From Pedosphaera sp. (GTDB lineage Bacteria; Verrucomicrobiota; Verrucomicrobiia; Limisphaerales; SIBH01), in NCBI GenBank assembly GCA_031380445.1, contig JANNGC010000885.1, positions 1-26,382 on the forward strand: a DNA stretch of 26,382 nt, in the 5' to 3' direction. A model generated the notes under the pieces. It had not been told where the DNA came from, ran no database searches, and saw nothing but the letters and a program-made list of their open reading frames with translations. This document shows positions 22,575 to 26,382 of this stretch, one piece after another (position 1 is the stretch's first letter; every line of letters starts with the position of its first letter). The position numbers and the translations under genes are program-made.

Positions 22575-23662
22575 GGCTTGACGAGCTTGGGAGCCGCATG
22601 GGCTGCGCCGTTTCTGGTCGCGGGCGAAGTCTTGGCCGCTGCGTCGAATTTCACCGCCGCGCCCTGCTGCTTGAGCGAGCGGGTGCAGGCTTCGAGCACG
22701 CGCACGACGTTGGCGCCGTGGACGCCGTCGGTCAGCGGCTTGCCGCCGGTACGGATGCAGTCGAGGAAGTGCGAGCACTCCACCTTCAGCGGCTCCTCCT
22801 GCTTGATGTAGGGGATGTGGCTGTCGCCGTAATGATAGGCGAAATGAAATTCTCCGAACGTGTCGTAGTGCGGCGGCACGGCATCCACGCGCATGTCGTA
22901 GATGCGGACTTTTTCGAGCTGCTGCACGTCGTCGTACACGATCATTTTGCGCGAGCCGACGATGGTCATCTCGCGGACCTTGCGCGGGTCGAGCCAACTG
23001 TTCTGCAAGTTGGCGAACACGCCCTGGTCGAAGTTCATGGACATGTTGGTCACGTCCTCGATGCCTTTGGTGACGTGGGAATTGCCCTGGCAATTGACCG
23101 AGTTCGGCAACATGCCGGTGAGGTAGAAAATGATCGCGATGTCGTGCGGCGCGAGGTCCCACGTCACGTTGATGGTGCGCTGGAACAAACCGAGGTTCAG
23201 GCGGCGGGCGTTGATGTAGCGGATTTCGCCGATGTCGCCGGAGTCAATGATCTCTTTGATGCGGCGGACGGGCGCGGAGTAGAGATAGGTGTGGCCGACC
23301 ATCAGCGTGAGGCTGAGCGAGGCGGCGAGTTCCACGAGTTCGTCGCACTCGGCGGAGGAGGTGGCCATCGGCTTCTCGATGAAGACGTGTTTGCCGGCGA
23401 GCAGACTTTGCTTCGCCATCGAGTAATGCGTGTGGGCGGAGGTGGCAATGACGACGGCGTGCAAATCAGCGCGCGCGAGGAATTCCTGAAAATCCGTGTC
23501 CAACTCGACCTGCGGGTAGAGCGACTTGAGGTGGTTCAGCCGCTTGATGTCGAGATCGCAAATGGCGAGCAGCGTGCAATCCGGCAAGCTGCTGAAGTTG
23601 CGGATCAGATTCGGCCCCCAGTAACCGCAGCCGACGACTCCGACATTGACGCGCGCTTTCAT
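22571..23662 (-). CDS. Gfo/Idh/MocA NAD(P)-dependent oxidoreductase, probable nucleotide-sugar 3-dehydrogenase, 363 aa
   Basis: VGVVGCGYWG Rossmann motif, GKHVFIEKPMA, LMVGHTY, WDLAPHDI. Confidence 0.92.
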   Translation of the reverse strand: MKARVNVGVVGCGYWGPNLIRNFSSLPDCTLLAICDLDIKRLNHLKSLYPQVELDTDFQEFLARADLHAVVIATSAHTHYSMAKQSLLAGKHVFIEKPMATSSAECDELVELAASLSLTLMVGHTYLYSAPVRRIKEIIDSGDIGEIRYINARRLNLGLFQRTINVTWDLAPHDIAIIFYLTGMLPNSVNCQGNSHVTKGIEDVTNMSMNFDQGVFANLQNSWLDPRKVREMTIVGSRKMIVYDDVQQLEKVRIYDMRVDAVPPHYDTFGEFHFAYHYGDSHIPYIKQEEPLKVECSHFLDCIRTGGKPLTDGVHGANVVRVLEACTRSLKQQGAAVKFDAAAKTSPATRNGAAHAAPKLVKP

Positions 23663-23664
23663 AA

Positions 23665-24471
23665 TCAGAGGGTGGTGGCGGGACGGCCTTCCGGCTGGCG
23701 CGACACGGGCGGGCGCGCGACGGGCGGACGGGATTTCGGACCATTACGTTTCCGCTCCAACACTTCACGGCTCTGGCGGAAGACGACTGGGAACGTGCGG
23801 AACAAAATCGAAATGTCCTGACCGAGCGAAAGCGTTTTCGCATAGCGCACATCGAACGCGACCATTTCGGGAAACGTCGTGCGGTTCTTACCATTCACCT
23901 GCCACAGACCGGTTAGGCCGGGGACGGCACTCAGACGCTGGCGATGTTCCGGCAGGTATTGCTCGAACTCGTAGCGGATGCACGGGCGCGGGCCAACGAG
24001 GCTCATTTCGCCGCGCAGGATGTTGAAGACTTGGGGCAGCTCATCCAAGCCGCTGGCGCGGAGAATCACGCCGAACTTCGACACGCGCTTGTCGTTCGCA
24101 TCCATTTTCTCCATCGGCACGTCCGAATGGATGAGGGTGGAAAGGTATTCCTGATGGGACTTGGTTTCCGCGCACTGCTCCATCGTGCGGAATTTGAAAA
24201 GGGTGAAGGGTTTTCCGCGCAGCCCGATGCGTTCCTGTTTGAAGAAGATGCCGCCCCGGGAAGAAAACCGGACGCCCAGCGCGATGAAAACCATCACCGG
24301 CACCAGCGCCGGAGCGAGGAAGATCAGACAGGCGATGTCGAGCGCACGCTTCCAAAACGGCAGCGGGTTGGGCGTCGAAGCCCACTCGTTGGATTCTGCC
24401 GTTGCTGACCGGCCTGCTGCGTTTATGTGCGTTCCCATCTTTTTGATGCGGCGGTCGGTCCAGATTTGCAT
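23665..24471 (-). CDS. Priming phosphoglycosyltransferase (Bac_transf; small WcaJ/PglC-type), first gene of the operon
   Basis: KRALDI, one TM helix, FKQERIG, FKFRTM, GLDELPQVFNILRGEMSLVGPRP, PGLTGLWQV. Start 24471 or 24438. Confidence 0.95.
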   Translation of the reverse strand: MQIWTDRRIKKMGTHINAAGRSATAESNEWASTPNPLPFWKRALDIACLIFLAPALVPVMVFIALGVRFSSRGGIFFKQERIGLRGKPFTLFKFRTMEQCAETKSHQEYLSTLIHSDVPMEKMDANDKRVSKFGVILRASGLDELPQVFNILRGEMSLVGPRPCIRYEFEQYLPEHRQRLSAVPGLTGLWQVNGKNRTTFPEMVAFDVRYAKTLSLGQDISILFRTFPVVFRQSREVLERKRNGPKSRPPVARPPVSRQPEGRPATTL

Positions 24472-24511
24472 GACCCGTTGAACCCATCTGGTGCGACAGC
24501 TAACACGCTAG

Positions 24512-24541
24512 GTTGTAGCCGCCGCCGTTCTCGCCCGTCAA
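24512..24541 (-). promoter_or_regulatory. Candidate sigma70-type promoter for the polysaccharide operon
   Basis: Minus strand TTGACG (24541-24536), 18-nt spacer, TACAAC (24517-24512), about 40 nt upstream of ATG 24471. The -10 is imperfect. Confidence 0.35.
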
Positions 24542-24748
24542 TGCGCCGGGGCGTGTGTCCCCCACGCTGCGCCCTACGGTATTTGCCCTTACGCTGTTTG
24601 ACGCCCGGAGAATTATTGACCGGAACTTCTCGCCGACTGACCGCGTTCGCATAGTGCCTTTTGTCCCCCCGTGGCTCAAGGCAAATGTAGGAGTTTTGTA
24701 GGAGGTTATCACCCCATGCCGTAGGCACTTAGGAAGCGTGGACACGGC

Positions 24749-26382
24749 ATGTCTTTTGCAAAACGGCCCTCTGTGATTTGGCTCTTCTTCAACCTGCGCC
24801 GACGGCTCCGCGCCGTGCTGCCCGGACTGATCATTTTATTTTCCCCGTGTTTCGCGGACGCGGCCACGCTGCTGTGGGATCGGAACACCGAAACCAACGT
24901 CGTCGGCTACCGCGTGCATGTGGGACGAGTGTCCCGTGCGTACGACTTGGTTTTGGACAGGGGCAATTCCACCTCGGCGGAGGTTCCTACAAACCCTGGG
25001 ATGAACTATTATGCCGTCACCGCTTATGACCAGGACGGGCTGGAAAGCGCCTACTCGGCGGAAGTCACTTACATGGACGGCGTCGCAAATCTCCCGCCCA
25101 CGACCGGCCCGGACAGTTACACCACGCCACGCAACGTCACCCTGAACATCCCCGCGCCCGGCCTGCTGGCGAATGATTCCGACCCGGAAGGCCAGCCGCT
25201 GAACGCCGTGCTCGTCAGCGGCCCGACGCACGGCACGCTGGTCTTGGGCGCGAATGGCAGCTTCAGCTACACGCCCACGGCGAATTACACCGGCCCCGAC
25301 AGCTTCACCTACCAGGCGAGCGACAGCGTGACCGCCTCCGGCGCGACCACCGTGGCCCTAACCGTCACCACCCCGCCGCCGGGCAACACAACCCCCGTGG
25401 CCCAGAACGACACCTACACCGTGGCAAAAAACACCGCGCTCAACGTCACCGGCTCTGGCGTGCTCGCGAACGACTCGGATGCCGACGGCCAGCCGCTCAC
25501 GGCCAGCCTCCTCGATGCCCCCAATCACGGCGTGTTTAATCTCAACGCCACCGGCAGCTTCAGCTACACCCCGTTGAATGAATTCGTCGGCACCGACACT
25601 TTTCAATATCAGGCCGGCGATGGCCTCACCTCCGCCGTCGCCACCGTGACCATCAACGTCACCGGCACGGCCACAACCAATTCCCCGCCTGCGCCGCAGC
25701 CCGACGGCTACGTCATCGCCAAGGACACCACGCTCGCGGTCAGCGCCGGCTCCGGCGTGCTGGCCAACGACTCCGACCCGGACGGCAACGCCCTCGTCGC
25801 CGTGCAATACGGTTTCGCCGTCCGCGGTGAAGTGACCCTCTACTCCGACGGCAGCTTCAACTACACGCCCACGAACAATTTCACCGGCACCGACACGTTT
25901 GCCTATCGCGCCACCGACGGCCTGGCCGTCTCCGCTCTCGTGACTGTGAGCATCATCATCACCGGCGCTCCACCCGCCAACACCGCGCCCGTCGCACAGG
26001 CGGACAGCTACAGCATGAGAAAAAACGGGACGCTGAACATCGCGGCGGCGGGCGTGCTGGCGAATGACTCGGACGTGGATGGTCACCCGCTCACAGCGTC
26101 GCTCGTGTCCGGTCCGGCGAACGGCGCGCTCACGCTGAACGCGAACGGCAGCTTCACCTTCACGCCCACGGCGGGCTTCGCGGGCAACGACAGCTTCACC
26201 TACCGCGCCCACGACGGCGCGCTGAACTCCGCGAACGCGACCGTAACGATCTCCATCACGAACATCGCGCCCGTCGCGCAGGCGGACAGCTACGCCACGG
26301 CGAAGAGCATCGGGCTGACCATCGCGGCCCCGGGCGTGTTGAACAACGACAGCGATGCGAATGGCGACGCGCTCACCGCCTC
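24749..26382 (+). CDS. Secreted surface protein / putative adhesin: signal peptide, FN3-like domain, tandem ~95-aa Ig-like (Big_9 / tandem-95 / cadherin-like) repeats; truncated by the window edge
   Basis: My translation from ATG 24749 is open for 544 codons: MSFAKRPSVIWLFFNLRRRLRAVLPGLIILFSPCFADA|ATLLWDRNTETNVVGYRVHVG...YYAVTAYDQDGLESAYSAEVTY, then repeats containing GVLANDSDxDG...NGSFxYTP...G.DxFxYxA.DG. Absent from the ORF track because it has no stop in the window. Confidence 0.92.
   Translation, partial: MSFAKRPSVIWLFFNLRRRLRAVLPGLIILFSPCFADAATLLWDRNTETNVVGYRVHVGRVSRAYDLVLDRGNSTSAEVPTNPGMNYYAVTAYDQDGLESAYSAEVTYMDGVANLPPTTGPDSYTTPRNVTLNIPAPGLLANDSDPEGQPLNAVLVSGPTHGTLVLGANGSFSYTPTANYTGPDSFTYQASDSVTASGATTVALTVTTPPPGNTTPVAQNDTYTVAKNTALNVTGSGVLANDSDADGQPLTASLLDAPNHGVFNLNATGSFSYTPLNEFVGTDTFQYQAGDGLTSAVATVTINVTGTATTNSPPAPQPDGYVIAKDTTLAVSAGSGVLANDSDPDGNALVAVQYGFAVRGEVTLYSDGSFNYTPTNNFTGTDTFAYRATDGLAVSALVTVSIIITGAPPANTAPVAQADSYSMRKNGTLNIAAAGVLANDSDVDGHPLTASLVSGPANGALTLNANGSFTFTPTAGFAGNDSFTYRAHDGALNSANATVTISITNIAPVAQADSYATAKSIGLTIAAPGVLNNDSDANGDALTA
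25088..26382 (+). repeat. Five in-frame Ig-like domain repeats (fifth partial)
   Basis: Units begin at 25088 (NLPPTTGPDSY), 25385 (NTTPVAQNDTY), 25679 (NSPPAPQPDGY), 25979 (NTAPVAQADSY) and 26261 (NIAPVAQADSY). Periods are 297, 294, 300 and 282 nt. Confidence 0.9.

Noticed and set aside
2134-23162. N-terminal extensions given by the ORF track (to 3606, 5583, 7323, 9792, 20028, 22147, 23162)
   Set aside because: They overlap upstream genes extensively. Shorter starts that abut or overlap the upstream stop (ATGA, TTGA, TGATG) coincide with where family motifs begin.
24722-24738. Possible sigma54 promoter AGGCAC-N5-AAGC before the Ig-repeat gene
   Set aside because: GG-N10-GC spacing fits, but the -12 element is AAGC rather than TTGC and the start site would fall on the ATG. 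Likely chance.
24472-24748. JUMPstart/ops antitermination element expected upstream of a long polysaccharide operon
   Set aside because: No GGCGGTAG core found on the minus strand; the closest is GGCGGCTAC.
25358-26212. 284-aa minus-strand ORF with repeated segments
   Set aside because: Antisense shadow of the Ig-repeat gene; its repeats simply mirror the plus-strand repeats.
25088-26382. High density of N-x-S/T sequons in the Ig repeats as evidence of N-glycosylation
   Set aside because: Most belong to the conserved repeat consensus (NDS, NGS, NxT in beta-strands), and no PglB/AglB-type oligosaccharyltransferase is in the window.

Overview
High-GC bacterial DNA (taxon cannot be established from the sequence alone). 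About 24.5 kb is one minus-strand, tightly packed Wzx/Wzy-type surface polysaccharide/EPS locus of 22 genes, the last truncated at the left edge. In transcription order: priming phosphoglycosyltransferase; Gfo/Idh/MocA oxidoreductase; LbH N-acetyltransferase; DegT aminotransferase; FemAB-like GNAT; Wzc-like co-polymerase with a degenerate kinase domain; polysaccharide-deacetylase/DUF354 fusion; WecB-type epimerase; Wzy/O-antigen-ligase-family protein; sulfotransferase; second deacetylase-like protein; LbH acyltransferase; Wzx flippase; four strictly alternating methyltransferase-glycosyltransferase pairs; and one more probable GT. Divergent on the plus strand is a secreted protein with an FN3-like domain and tandem ~95-aa Ig-like repeats; it runs off the right edge and is missing from the supplied ORF track. 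The only three intergenic gaps over 30 nt inside the operon each hold a different long inverted-repeat element ending 10-19 nt upstream of the next start codon. The strongest leads are a probably sulfated, methylated and acylated glycan with an adjacent sulfotransferase/deacetylase pair, a pseudokinase Wzc, and the three structured intergenic elements. No rRNA, tRNA, CRISPR array or transposase was seen. All product calls come from motif recognition by eye, without database searches.
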